Shown here one piece after another: positions 11,480-22,514 of a DNA stretch of 32,460 bases. How positions within the stretch are numbered: position 1 is the first letter of the stretch; each line of letters starts with the position of its first letter. This DNA is from Octopus bimaculoides. Taxonomy: Eukaryota. The notes below the pieces were generated by a model. It worked only from the letters and a program-made list of their open reading frames with translations. It ran no database searches and was not told the origin of the DNA. The stretch is from assembly GCF_001194135.2 (NCBI RefSeq), contig NC_068987.1, positions 13,843,459-13,875,918 of the forward strand, given 5' to 3'. The translations under genes were made by a program, and so were the position numbers.

Positions 11480-12700
11480 GGCCTGTGAGTTGAGCAAGGT
11501 ATCAACCAGACAGAAAGTGATATAGTGATGGTGTGGTATACAGTAGGCAGAGTGATAAAGCCTCAGAGACATACCCAGAAAGAGTAGAAGAAAGTGGTGA
11601 ATAGGGATCAGCATCATGTAACAACAAAAGAAGTGAGATGTTTCTTACGTGTAGCATGGAGAGAAACTGAGAGTAAGAAGTTTGCCAATATTCTTCAACA
11701 TGATGTGTTGAAGAATATCAACACATATTCTTCAGAAGCAGATGTTGTTGGGGGGAAAAGTGTGTTGACAATGACAGTGGCACACTTGCCATCACCAACA
11801 GCAAAGAGAAAATGGCATGGAAATGTTACTATGAGAAGCTGTTGAATGGGAACGTGTGGGGAAAGTGGTTATTGAAGTTGACAGCTGTACAGTGGAAAGC
11901 TCGATTAACAATTAATGGCTTAATAGCAACAAAAGCAAATGGATCATCAGAAATAGTTGTTTAAATGCTGGTGAAGTAGGGCAGGTGTTAGTCACTTGTA
12001 TTGTCAATCAATTAATACAGGGAGGTACCAAATCCAATGACTGGTGTAGCAGTATCATCATCAACTGCAACAACGGAAAAGGAAATGCTCTAGAAAGTTA
12101 TTAAATTAAAAAGAAGTATAGCATGAGTGATTAGTGAGGGATCTAGCTTAGAGGTGATGCAGTTTACAGTTTAGAGAGCTATTACTTCTTCTGGTGATAA
12201 AGAGACCTTTGACTCTCACGTTCTTTGAGTAAAGGGCTGGGGAGATTGTAAGAAGCTGTGTATGAAGTACGATGTTGCAAGATTGAGAAACATGGTCTTT
12301 GAATGTAGAGGATGTGCAAAATATGGAGAGTAATGAAGCAAGCTTTCCTCATTTGTGTAATGTATGTATGAACAATGAAGTACAATGGGCTGAGGCAAAA
12401 ACTACATGCAAGAGGATTTTAAATGTAGAGTGCAAGACAAGAGAGTGGTGCTCTGGCATGGACATGTGATGATTATGAAGGATGACAGTTGGGTAAAGAA
12501 GTGCTGAGCAATCTAAAAGGAAGAAACTTACAGAAGAAGAAGACCAAATAAGACATGGGAAGAAGTGATCAAAGTAAACCTCAAGATGCTGCATGTCACA
12601 AAGGTGATGACAAAATAACGGTGACAGAGTGGGATGTGGAGGCTAAGAAAACCCTTCCAACCAATGGAAACATAAAAAAACATTAAAATGATGATGGTGC
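11480..12700 (+). mobile_element. Internally deleted, decayed RTE-clade LINE (ORF2 remnants plus 3' tail)
   Basis: Remnant peptides 'ESKKFANILQHD', 'DVVGEKCV...AWKCYYEKLLN', 'SNDWCSSIIINCNNGKGNAL', and the RTE C-terminal 'VLWHGHVMIMKDDSWVKKC...RRRRPNKTWEEVIK.NLKML'. Ends in 'ttaaaatgatgatg'. Confidence 0.8.
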
Positions 12701-12767
12701 TCATTTGTTTCTAATTTAAAACAGCCTCTTTTATGTTTTACTTGTTTCCTTAATTGGACCGTGGTCA

Positions 12768-13085
12768 TGTTGGGGCACTACCTTGAAGGGTTTAGTTGCA
12801 CAAATTGACTCAGTATTTATTTTTTAGGTCTTTTTTGCTAATATGCTATGTTACAGGGATGTAAACAAACCAACACCAGTGGTCAAGTGGGAGGGACAAA
12901 CAGGCACAACAACCCCAGCCCACACACACATATGACAGGCTTCCACACAACTTCCATCTAGCAAATTCACTTAGAAGGCATTGAGCCAGGGCTATAGTAG
13001 AAGATATTTGCCCAAAGTGCCATGCAGTGGGACTGAAACCGAAACCATGCATTTGCAAAGAGAGCTTCTTATCCACACAGCTATG
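12768..13085 (-). mobile_element. Degenerate full-length CORE-type SINE
   Basis: Colinear with the family throughout ('gctatagtagaagatatttgcccaaagtgcc'). Confidence 0.75.
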
Positions 13086-13201
13086 TTTGCACATGCACAC
13101 ATTCATGTAAACATATTTTATAATTTTGTTTCTCTTTTCTATTTTTAAAAAAAAATCTGACTTCATTCACAGAAATATCATATTTTGATTGCTTCTCTTG
13201 A

Positions 13202-13424
13202 CCCATTCATTACCATATTTCTGTGGAAATACAGAGTTTTTGCTTCAATTAATTTTGAAAATCATGAAGAATTTAGTAAAATAATTTTGTTATTATTAAA
13301 CTGGTATTTGGAATATAAATTACCACAAAATCTTGATGGATGGTTTTAATTTAGAACACTTTAAAACAGGAGGTTTGTATTAGAGAACCAGGGGGAAGTC
13401 CCAGTTGGGTTGGCATCGAAAGGG
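13202..13424. mobile_element. piggyBac-type (TTAA) MITE, family 1
   Basis: Left TTGA|cccattc, right cgaaaggg|TTAA. CCC...GGG termini with TTAA-like targets. Confidence 0.7.
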
Positions 13425-13489
13425 TTAATACCACCATCACCACCATCTGTTTTCAGATTAACTTTTCCAAAGAAATATATTAAATTATA

Positions 13490-13710
13490 TTGTATTGTGT
13501 GTGTGTGTTTGCCCCCACCACCACTTGACAACTGGTGTTGTTTTATTTACATCCCCTATAACTTATCAATTTGGCAAAAGGGACCAATAGAATAAAAACC
13601 AGGCTTGATAAAATAGAAAGAAGTACTGGGGCCTATTCATTTGACTAACAAAATTCTTCAAGGTGGCGTCCCAGCATGGCTGGAAATCTTATGACTGAAA
13701 TAAGGCAAAA
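13490..13710 (+). mobile_element. Degenerate CORE-type SINE, 3' half
   Basis: 'cttgacaactggtg...agtactgggg...cccagcatggc'. Confidence 0.7.
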
Positions 13711-13925
13711 AGTCAACAGTACCAGTAATACAGTAATAAGAGCCAAAGGTACTTTTTGGTTATCTCCCCCGTTTTATGAAAAATATCAGTACTTTTGGTT
13801 ATCGCCCCAACTAAAAAATAATGTTTAACCCTCAATAAAACAAAGAAAAAAAATGAAAAACTTAATAAACATGAAAACGGAAAAAATAAAAAGGAAAACT
13901 GAAAAGATTAAACATCTTATTGAAT

Positions 13926-14371
13926 CTCTTTTACTCTTTTGCTTGTTTCAGTCATTTGACTGTGGCCATGCTGGAGCACCGCCTTTAGTCGAGCAAATCG
14001 ACCCCAGGACTTATTCTTTGTAAGCCTAGTACTTATTCTATCGGTNNNNNNNNNNCTTTGTAAGCCTAGTACTTATTCTATCGGTCTCTTTTGCCGAACC
14101 GCTGAGTTACGGGGACGTAAACACACCAGCATCAGTTGTCAAGCGATGTTGGCAGGGGGGACACACACACACACACACAAACACACACATATATATATAC
14201 ATATACACGACGGGCTTCTTTCAGTTTCCGTCTACCAAATCCACTCACAAGGCTTTGGTCGGCCCGAGGCTATAGTAGAAGACACTTGCCCAAGGTGCCA
14301 CGCAGTGGGACTGAACCCAGAACCATGTGGTTTGTAAGCAAGCTACTTACCACACAGCCACTCCTGCGCCT
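13926..14371 (-). mobile_element. Young full-length CORE-type (OR2-like) tRNA SINE with internal (CA/TA)n
   Basis: Head aggcgcaggagtggctgtgtgg, B-box ggttcagtccc, MIR-like core ccttgggcaagtg, CpGs retained. The OR2 label is from memory. Confidence 0.9.
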
Positions 14372-15065
14372 ATATAATCTAGTATAATCTAATAACATTT
14401 TAATCTAATAACATTTTTATAACAGATCATACCATGCCTTTAGAGGAGGGCAAACGTCAACAATGTGTTGAAATATTGACTCAAAAGGATCTAACTCTTT
14501 TAATCCAATCTCTTGTTGCTACACAAACTCAACTTTTTAGTGGGGAGATAACCCAATTTTTTAATGGAATTTTTTTAATGGGGGTAAGTAAGATAACCAA
14601 AAAGTACAGAGCCAAATTGAATCAAATATATAAAATATATATATACATCAATACCCATACTCTCTCTCTCTTTCACACACACAAACACACACACTCTTTA
14701 TAACATCAGCAACTCACTCAGTTCAAAAGAAATCAATTACAATAATAGCATAAATATGAGGAAAAAATGCTGGAGCTGCCAATATAGAAAAAAAAAAAAA
14801 GTGTGTAATTTAGCTGAAATGTTGCTAAACAACATAGAGGAAGTTGGAGAGTATTGTGAGAGAACCCTGCAGAGTTTATTGATCGTCTGTCTTTTTTACA
14901 ACTCACTCGCTGACTGACTGATGGCTGCCACCCATCCACTCATTGGCTGTTAATACTTGCCAACAGGCGAACCAGCTTTATTCTCCCTTTTGGGTTATGT
15001 TCAAAGATTGGATGAAAAATTTATTAAAATGAAACAAAATAAGAGGAAATGAAAAATTAAAAAAG

Positions 15066-15096
<31 letters not shown>

Positions 15097-15509
15097 CTAT
15101 TTCCTATCAATATCAAACAATCATTAGAACAATTAACGATTCTTATGGCAGTACATACACACACACATAAATATACATATTTGGTGGCCAGTTGGCAGAT
15201 TTGTTATAGTTTCATATGCAAAATAACCTGGAAAAGAAAATAAAAAAATCCACAAAACAAAACTCCCTTGCAGGGAAACTCAGACTTTTCAGGTGACCCA
15301 ACAGGTCATGGGTAGTCTTATATNNNNNNNNNNNNNNNNNNNNNNNNNNNNNNNNNNNNNNNNNNNNNNNNNNNNNNNNNNNNNNNNNNNNNNNNNNNNN
15401 NNNNNNNNNNNNNNNNNNNNNNNNNNNNNNNNNNNNNNNNNNNNNNNNNNNNNNNNNNNNNNNNNNNNNNNNNNNNNNNNNNNNNNNNNNNNNNNNNNNN
15501 NNNNNNNNN

Positions 15510-15604
15510 CGTGACACTTTGGGCAAGTGTCTTCTACTATAGCCTCGGGCCGACCAAAGCCTTGTGAGTGAATTTGGAAGACGGAAACTGAAAGAAGCCC
15601 GTCG

Positions 15605-15639
<35 letters not shown>

Positions 15640-15845
15640 TTGTGTGTCTGTATTTGTCCCCCCACCATCGCTTGACAACCGATGCTGGTGTGTTTACATC
15701 CCCGTAACATAGCGGTTCGGCAAAAAGAGACTGATAGAATAAGTACTAGGCTTACATAAGAATAAGTCCTGGGGTTGATTTCCTTGACTAAAGGCGGTGC
15801 TCCAGCATGGCCGCAGTCAAATGACTGAAACAAGTAAAAGAGTAT
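15510..15845 (+). mobile_element. Young CORE-type SINE (head in gap)
   Basis: Very few mismatches to the reverse complement of 13926-14371. Confidence 0.9.
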
Positions 15846-15885
15846 AGATAGATAGATAGATATCTTTCCATACCTGCTTGTCAAG

Positions 15886-16305
15886 CAGGCAAGGGTGTTT
15901 GGTAAGAAGCTTGCTTCCAAACCACGTGGTCCTGAGTTCAGTCCCAGTGTGACACCTTGGGCAAGTGTCTTCAACTATGGCCTTGGGCCAACCAAATCCT
16001 TGTGAGTGGATTTGGTAGGTGGAAACTGAAAGAATCCCATTGTGTATATATATACATACATACATATATATATATATGTATATATCTATGTGCATGTGGC
16101 TTTATATTTGTGTTTGTCCCCCATCACCACATGACAACCAGTGTTTACATCCCTTGTAACTTAGTGGTTTGGCAAAATAGACTGATAGAATAAATACTAG
16201 GCTTACAAAGAATAAGTCTTGGGGTTGATTTCTTTGACTAAAAAACCCTTTAAGGCGGTGCTCCAGCATGGCTACAGTAAAATGACTAAAACAAAGTAAA
16301 AGAAT
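15886..16305 (+). mobile_element. Full-length, older CORE-type SINE in tandem with 15510-15845
   Basis: Complete head-core-tail colinearity. Confidence 0.85.
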
Positions 16306-16344
16306 ATATATCTATCTATATATCTAATCACACATACACACACA

Positions 16345-16483
16345 ACAGGCTCCTATAGAACTCCCGTTTCTCAGTTGACTTACAAGGCACTGGTCAGCCT
16401 GGGGCTATAGTAGAAGACACTTAGAATTAAACTTGAGACCACATAACTGGGAAATGAACTTCTTAACCCCACAACCATACCTG
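16345..16483 (-). mobile_element. Degenerate CORE-type SINE, 5' half
   Basis: 'ggggctatagtagaagacactt'. Confidence 0.65.
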
Positions 16484-16529
16484 CTTACCAAGTAAAGGGC
16501 ACCGAAGAGACCCTGTAAAGAAGCAATGA

Positions 16530-16735
16530 GTTGTTGTTTTAGCCATAGGTCAGTCATGACCGAGCAGATTTTGATTAAAGACATTCAAGCTTTGACCATA
16601 TTGTCTTTTGTTCAGCTAGTATGCAACCGCATAACATCTGCTATGTCCTTCCTCTTTATAACAGCAGTGTCAGTTGACGGAGACTGCTATTTCTAGCAAA
16701 TTGGCTGAGTGCATGAAGGCTCCCTCATTGGTTTG
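16530..16735 (-). repeat. Family C copy
   Basis: 'gttgttgttttagcc' tail and 'ctgctatttctagca'. Confidence 0.7.
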
Positions 16736-16978
16736 ATAAGCAATGAAAGTTGCACAGTAATGGCTGATGTCACTGTCTACCCTCTAATTGACAAGCTTCC
16801 ATGAAAAGAACATGTTGAACAATAGATGCAAGAGAATTTTGGATCTAGTTGATAAACTAGTAACAAAAGAATATCATCACCGTTATCATCATAAACAATA
16901 TCATTATCATTATTCCTATCACCAACATCATCAACATTCCCATTCCATTACTATTTAATTATAATGAATACCAATGGA

Positions 16979-17016
<38 letters not shown>

Positions 17017-17018
<2 letters not shown>

Positions 17019-17640
17019 TCAGTAAATAGTGGGGTTGTGTTAACTGCACGTGTAGAAATAATAGGAAAATGAAGAATAAGGCAGAATGCTAAACTGGAAG
17101 CATATTTTAATAAAGATTTCTAACNNNNNNNNNNNNNNNNNNNNNNNNNNNNNNNNNNNNNNNNNNNNTCTAACCGGCTTTCATTGCGAAGCAAATTTTC
17201 AAGAAGGAGAATGAAAACGCTTTTTACAAAGAAGTACAAAATGAAGAAAATAATATATAAAAAAAATAATATATAAAAAAATAAATATACCAATACATTA
17301 TATTGTCTTTGAGCTTTTGAAGTTCAATGGTTGTTCATGTATATAATGGTTGGAAAAATAAGGATGCATGAGAATTGAGAGTTGTGTTAGGTTTAAAAAA
17401 AGGGTTAAAAGTTTGTGTTAAGCAGGAAGTGTGGTGTCAAAACAGGAAGTGTGTGTAAGGGGAGACAAATGTTTTTAGTTGGAGTTATGAACTCTTTTTC
17501 AACAGGAAGTTTATGTCTGTTCCTAGAGAAATAAGGTCAGAATCTCCACACAAGAAAGAATCAACAACGAGAATCTTTTCATAGAGAAATTCCAACCATT
17601 TCTTAACACACATACCCCTCAGTGACCTTATGTCTCTTTT
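17017..17640 (-). mobile_element. Unclassified element abutting (TA)n, possibly a Penelope-like terminus
   Basis: Follows a long (TA)n run. Reverse strand reads 'gaaagccggttagaaatctttattaa', recalling Penelope-like ends. No convincing ORF remnant. Confidence 0.3.
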
Positions 17641-19643
17641 TCCCTCATTTCTATCTATCTAAATGTGTATATTTTTGCTCACGCACAGCACACGTGTGTT
17701 GACCTCCAACACCAAAAAAAGTACTGTTGCTAAAACAGGCAGAATGTCCAGTTAGTTGTGCCAAATAATCAGCACCCAGACACAACCATGGCAAACTGTC
17801 GCTTTTTGATCTCCCTATGCTTAAGGCACACAACGTTCTTGATTTATTCCAACAGAGAAAATACAAGCACCAAAGGAAACCTCACTACACCACTATTATC
17901 TACAATAACCTAGGGCAGATCTTTATAAACTTTCCACATTAGTGACACACTTCTTAAAATAAAATCTTTCATGACACATTACTTTCTTTTGTTAGTAATT
18001 AAATATCATATTACAGGTCACCAATCGCATGTATAATTGTACACAAGAGTTGCCACATCTCAAATATACTTCAGCAGTCAAATCATTATTATAATTTTTG
18101 TGAAATCTGTCTTCCTGTAACAACTTCCAGTTTGGCTTGCAGCTAGCCCCACACTTTTTTGCTCTCTCCTTCTGTTATTAGTCTGTACGGATGTATGCAT
18201 GTACAAAGACGCATATTTATCTCAGCACAGTCATTAAAGACACTAAGCTACCAATTTAGAAAATATCAAATTTCTTTGAAAATAAAAAATAAGTTTACTA
18301 CAAAATTGAAAGAAAACAATGAATCTCTAGTTTTTAAATTTCTCTTATGAAAGCTTACAAATAAATATTCATTTATCTCTGTTAAATTTTAAGAAAATAA
18401 TTTCTTTACAATAAGAAATGCCATGTGTCTGTCTGTCTGTCTCTCACCCTATCACTATAACAAGAGAAGCCTACAGGAATTCCAATTATGAAAATGTAAA
18501 GTTCACTAAAAACGTTGTAAACACAATGTGTGGTTGACAAAATTTCCTGACTGTGGTTTGTTGTATATAATAATGTTGTGTGGAGAAATGAAAACTGTTA
18601 AAAAAATGGTATGCATTTTGTTCTATTAAATGTTTCTTCTATATCAATATTGTGTTACATTTCTTTTACTTAATTCTTTGTTGAATATATATCTCTATTT
18701 CACAGAAACAAAGTAATACTTATTCCAGGCACAAAACAGTGTGTTGTCTAGCAGTATTCATAAGAATTGATTAGATCTGGTGTAATTTCATGACACAATT
18801 TTAATGTCACAGTTTGAAAACCTTTGCCCTAGGGTGTCACAACACCCCAGTAGGAAACCATTGCAGCAGAGTCCGTGGATGTATTTATGACTATGATGAC
18901 TACTATACCAAATTCATATCGTTGCTATTATGTTAAACTGTTGTATGTTCAAATTTGGCCAAATGTGCTTTTTTTTTTTCAATATTCAATTTTGCTTGCA
19001 ATAGCCAGTTATTTTGGTCAAACAAAGTAAACAACAACACAAATAATTATGCAGAGGCATCCATGGTTGAAACAAGAACAACAAGCATTCTTAAAAGAGA
19101 AAAGAAGCATGGTCATTCCTTACTCAAGTGACCTTATCCTATCGCCCATCACTTACTATGTGCACATAAATTAGTTTGACAGTTGAGCTCTTATTGGCTG
19201 TATGCAAATGAGTTCATAAGTGGGGTCCAGAACTCTCGTGGGAAAAAAATTTTCGCAGCCTGGAGAGGGTTTTAACAAAATTTCAAAGCTCAAAGGAGCA
19301 AAGATTGTTTGTACAACTGAAGAAAGAAAGAATAGAGTCTATCAGTTTGTGGGTACTGCAGTTGCACTGACTGACACACACATGTAAACAATACTTGTGC
19401 AGCAACTATTTAGAGATTTTCTAACCACAAAGAGGACTCACAATCTTTATATAGAGGTGTGGTTTCCATGAAAGTGAGTAGAGGTTGTGCAGCCTGATAT
19501 CTAAGGCAAGGAATGTTTTGGTCACATTTTATTCATGAGTGAGAAGAGTATAATATTGCAGGTAGCTCATTTTCATATGATAAATGGCTGTACCTTAGTG
19601 TCACTGAATAAGACAAAGACTTCGTCTTTTTTAAGGTCTACGT

Positions 19644-19846
19644 GAAGGTGTGTGGCTTGGTGGTTAGGGTATTCAACTCACAATCAGAAAGTTGTGAGTT
19701 CAATTCCTGGTGGTGCACTGTGTCCTTGAACAAGACACTTTATTTCATGTTGCTCCAGTTCACTCAGCTGGCAAAAATGAGTAGTACCTGTAATTCAAAG
19801 GGCCAGCTTTGTCACATTCTGCATCACATTAAATCTCCCTGAGAAC
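19644..19846 (+). mobile_element. 3'-truncated SINE of the same type as 10129-10392
   Basis: tggcttggtggttaggg...gagttcaattcc head, then 'tccttgaacaagacactttatt' and 'caaagggccagctttgtcaca'. Confidence 0.75.
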
Positions 19847-19876
19847 ACACACATACACACACATTTATACATACAT

Positions 19877-20194
19877 GGCCGTTGCCAGTACCGCCTGACT
19901 GGCTCCCGTAGGATTTTCGAGTGAGATCGTTGCCAGTGCCCCTGGACTGGCTTGTGCGGGTGGCACATAAAAGACACCATTTCGAGCGTGGCCGTTTTCG
20001 TGCGGGTGACACGTAAAAGCACCCACTACACTCTCTGAGTGGTTGGCGTTAGGAAGGGCATCCAGCTGTAGAAACTCTGCCAAATTAGATTGGAGCCTGG
20101 TGTTGCCATCCTGTTTCACCAGTCCTCAGTCAAATCGTCCAACCCATGCTAGCATGGAAAGCGGACGTTAAACGATAATGATGATGATGATGAT
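19877..20194 (+). mobile_element. Young RTE-type 3'-end element with modular internal repeats and (GAT)n tail
   Basis: CpG-rich. 3' 150 bp nearly identical to 30156-30306. Confidence 0.9.
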
Positions 20195-20464
20195 TGTTTA
20201 ATGTCAGATGAATGAGAAAGGAGTGCTCAATACATGTTGTAAAGGACAAAACTGTTTTATTATTAAAACTATATCTAAAAGATAAACTATACTAAATTTT
20301 TTGAAAAATTGTTTTGCCTGATGATTGCAGTGGCATGAAACTCAAATTGTGAAACAAACTCTCAGCTTAGATACCTGGTGCCTTGCTGGACTCAAGAAGA
20401 CCCCTACTCCACAGCAGAAGTGTTAAGGCTGCTCCCACTGATGAAGAGGATTGGCCTGCAAGAG

Positions 20465-20660
20465 TCCTGTGCCGGTGCCACATAAAAAGCACTCAGTACA
20501 TTTTGTGAAGTGGTTGGCATTAGGAAGGGCATCCAACCATAGAAACCATGCCAAGTCAGACTGAAGCCTGGTGCAGCTCTTTGGGGCTTTCCAGCTCTGG
20601 TCAAACTGTTCAAACCATGGTAGTATGGAAAATGGACATTAATCAATGATGATGATGAGG
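20465..20660 (+). mobile_element. RTE-type 3'-end fragment
   Basis: 'ggtgccacataaaaagcac...ggaagggcatcc...gatgatgatg'. Confidence 0.8.
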
Positions 20661-20707
<47 letters not shown>

Positions 20708-20824
20708 NNNNNNNNNNNNNNNNNNNNNNNNNNNNNNNNNNNNNNNNNNNNNNNNNNNNNNNNNNNNNNNNNNNNNNNNNNNNNNNNNNNNNNNNNNNNN
20801 NNNNNNNTATATATGAATGACACT

Positions 20825-21475
20825 CTTCTTTCAGTTTCTGTCTACCAAATTCACTTGCAAAGCTTTGGTTGGCCCAGGCAGTCCTGGTTTTAAATCAATT
20901 AGACAGATTTGTTCAAATTGGATCCTGTGCACATACTCAAGCCAAGGATGCTATGATGAATTTAATATTTCCTTATGTTTTTTTTGCTTTAGGATTTACT
21001 TAATAATATCTGTAGCAGTTACATCAGGTGAAAGAAGTTTTTTAAAAACTGAAACCGATTAAAATATACCCATGGTCATCAGTTTCACAAAAGAGACTAA
21101 ATATTTTGGTGATGCTATCTATAGAAAATGACATGACAAAAACCACTGACTTTCAAATGATTTTGAAAGATTTCTCAGATACAAAAAAAGAGCCTGAAAA
21201 GTCTGTTTTTAGAAGGTCTATTCACAAACAAAATGTCAGTAATTATCTTGACTTGTAATAAAACATTAAAACTTTCATATAAGCTTTCAATTTTTAGTAT
21301 ATCATTGTGGTTAATGGTGGAGCGTCCAGTCCTCAATGCTTTTTGGTTGGGACAAAGCATAAAACACCATTCTTCAGCTTTTGTAGAGTAATTGAGCCCC
21401 ACACTTCCTAGCACTGACCCTGGGCCCAAGGCTGCTGTAGAAGTTACTTGTCCAAGCTTCTAACCACATAGCCAC
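20825..21475 (-). mobile_element. CORE-type SINE 5' half split into 20825-20879 and 21423-21475 by a ~540 bp insertion
   Basis: Left part ends 'gctttggttggcccaggc', right part resumes 'ggcccaaggctgctgtagaagttacttgtccaag'. Confidence 0.7.
20879..21422 (+). mobile_element. Decayed hAT DNA transposon with remnant of the C-terminal dimerization domain (~20965-21197)
   Basis: Allowing two frameshifts: IFPYVFFALRIYLIISVAVTSGERSF-KLKPIKIYPWSSVSQKRLNILVMLSIENDMTKTTDFQMILKDFSDTKK, matching the hAT motif 'P...ALRI.L..PV...S.ERSFSKLKLIK.YLRSTMSQERL..LA.LSIE'. Confidence 0.8.
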
Positions 21476-21623
21476 ACAGGCATGGCTGTGTGTATCTACT
21501 TCATGGTTGAATGTCTACATGTACATTATCATTGAAGTCAATCAATAATAATATAGTAGAACAAATATAACTCAGGCAAACATAGTTTATTTTCACTTTT
21601 GATGTACATGGTGAAATGTTTAA

Positions 21624-21843
21624 CCTTTCAGCTTTCAGATTCCTCTGTCAAATGTAATGCTTATTTATTCACATTGTTTTGAATTAATTATGCATCATCA
21701 TGTAACTTTGAGATTTTGATGATGTGATTGTTTATTTTTAGAATGACATTGTAGAGTAGGTGTGAGAGGCTGGATCTGGTCAATTTGAACATAAAACTTG
21801 TAGAATATTTAGGTCGGATATGGCCCGTTTAAATGCTAAAAGC
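21624..21843. mobile_element. piggyBac-type (TTAA) MITE, family 2
   Basis: TTAA|cctttcagc ... gctaaaagc|TTAA. Degenerate terminal inverted repeats, TTAA on both sides. Confidence 0.7.
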
Positions 21844-22042
21844 TTAAAGAACTTAAAGAGAAAATGAGGAACTTAACAAAGGAATTGGGGGAGGGGAATA
21901 GGAGGGGGCCACAGCAAAGTTTTGGAAGATGAAATGGAAGAGGAACTAGAAGGTGAAAGAAGATAAATATGAATGAACATAAAAATTATGAATACAAAAA
22001 GAATGCTATGCAAGAAACACATTTTAATATGGACAGATTTCT

Positions 22043-22410
22043 ACTTGTTTAACCCCAGGTTAGCCATGATGAAGCAGAGACATGATGAGAGGTTTCAAAA
22101 GTGACAGTCCTGCTCTTCTTTTTTAAGAGCAGCAAGGCATAATCTGAAATAAAATTGGCTGCTATTTCTAGCTGATAGAGTGACAATGTTCGTTTGTCAT
22201 CTTTCTAGTTGTTGTTCAGTCCCAAGTCAGCCCTAAGCAAGTAGACATATGATCCTGCCACGACCATCTAGTCATTTTGTGGATAGTGTACATACAACTA
22301 CATAACCAAATGTGTCCATTTTTTAAAAAGAAGTTTGGGAGTGATTTGGAGGAGATTTGACTATGATTTCTAGTAGATTGAACCACCACGAAGATACTCC
22401 CTCGTTAGCT
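22043..22410 (-). repeat. Two tandem family C copies (22043-22190 and 22208-22410)
   Basis: 'ggctgctatttctagc', 'gttgttgttcagtcccaagtcagccc', 'tatgatttctag'. Confidence 0.7.
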
Positions 22411-22514
22411 TGGAACCAATAAATTTGTTGCACAATTTATGAATAGGATAATGAAGATTCAAGGTGAAAGTATTCTAATAACGAATAACTGTTCTCTTAT
22501 TCCATTTCCAGTAA

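Larger units (their letters stand above)
8622..20807. other. Seven assembly gaps: 8622-8836, 9571-9614, 10766-10830, 14046-14055, 15324-15509, 17125-17168, 20708-20807
   Basis: Runs of N, mostly next to microsatellites or SINEs. Confidence 0.99.

Noticed and set aside
18770-18865. hAT-Charlie-like end motifs ('gtttgaaaacctttg', 'gtaggaaaccattg')
   Set aside because: No matching left terminus or TSD found.
20973-20992. Strong-looking plus-strand acceptor as partner for the 14426-14583 exon
   Set aside because: Phase-0 continuation stops after 12 codons, and the sequence is explained as hAT coding remnant.
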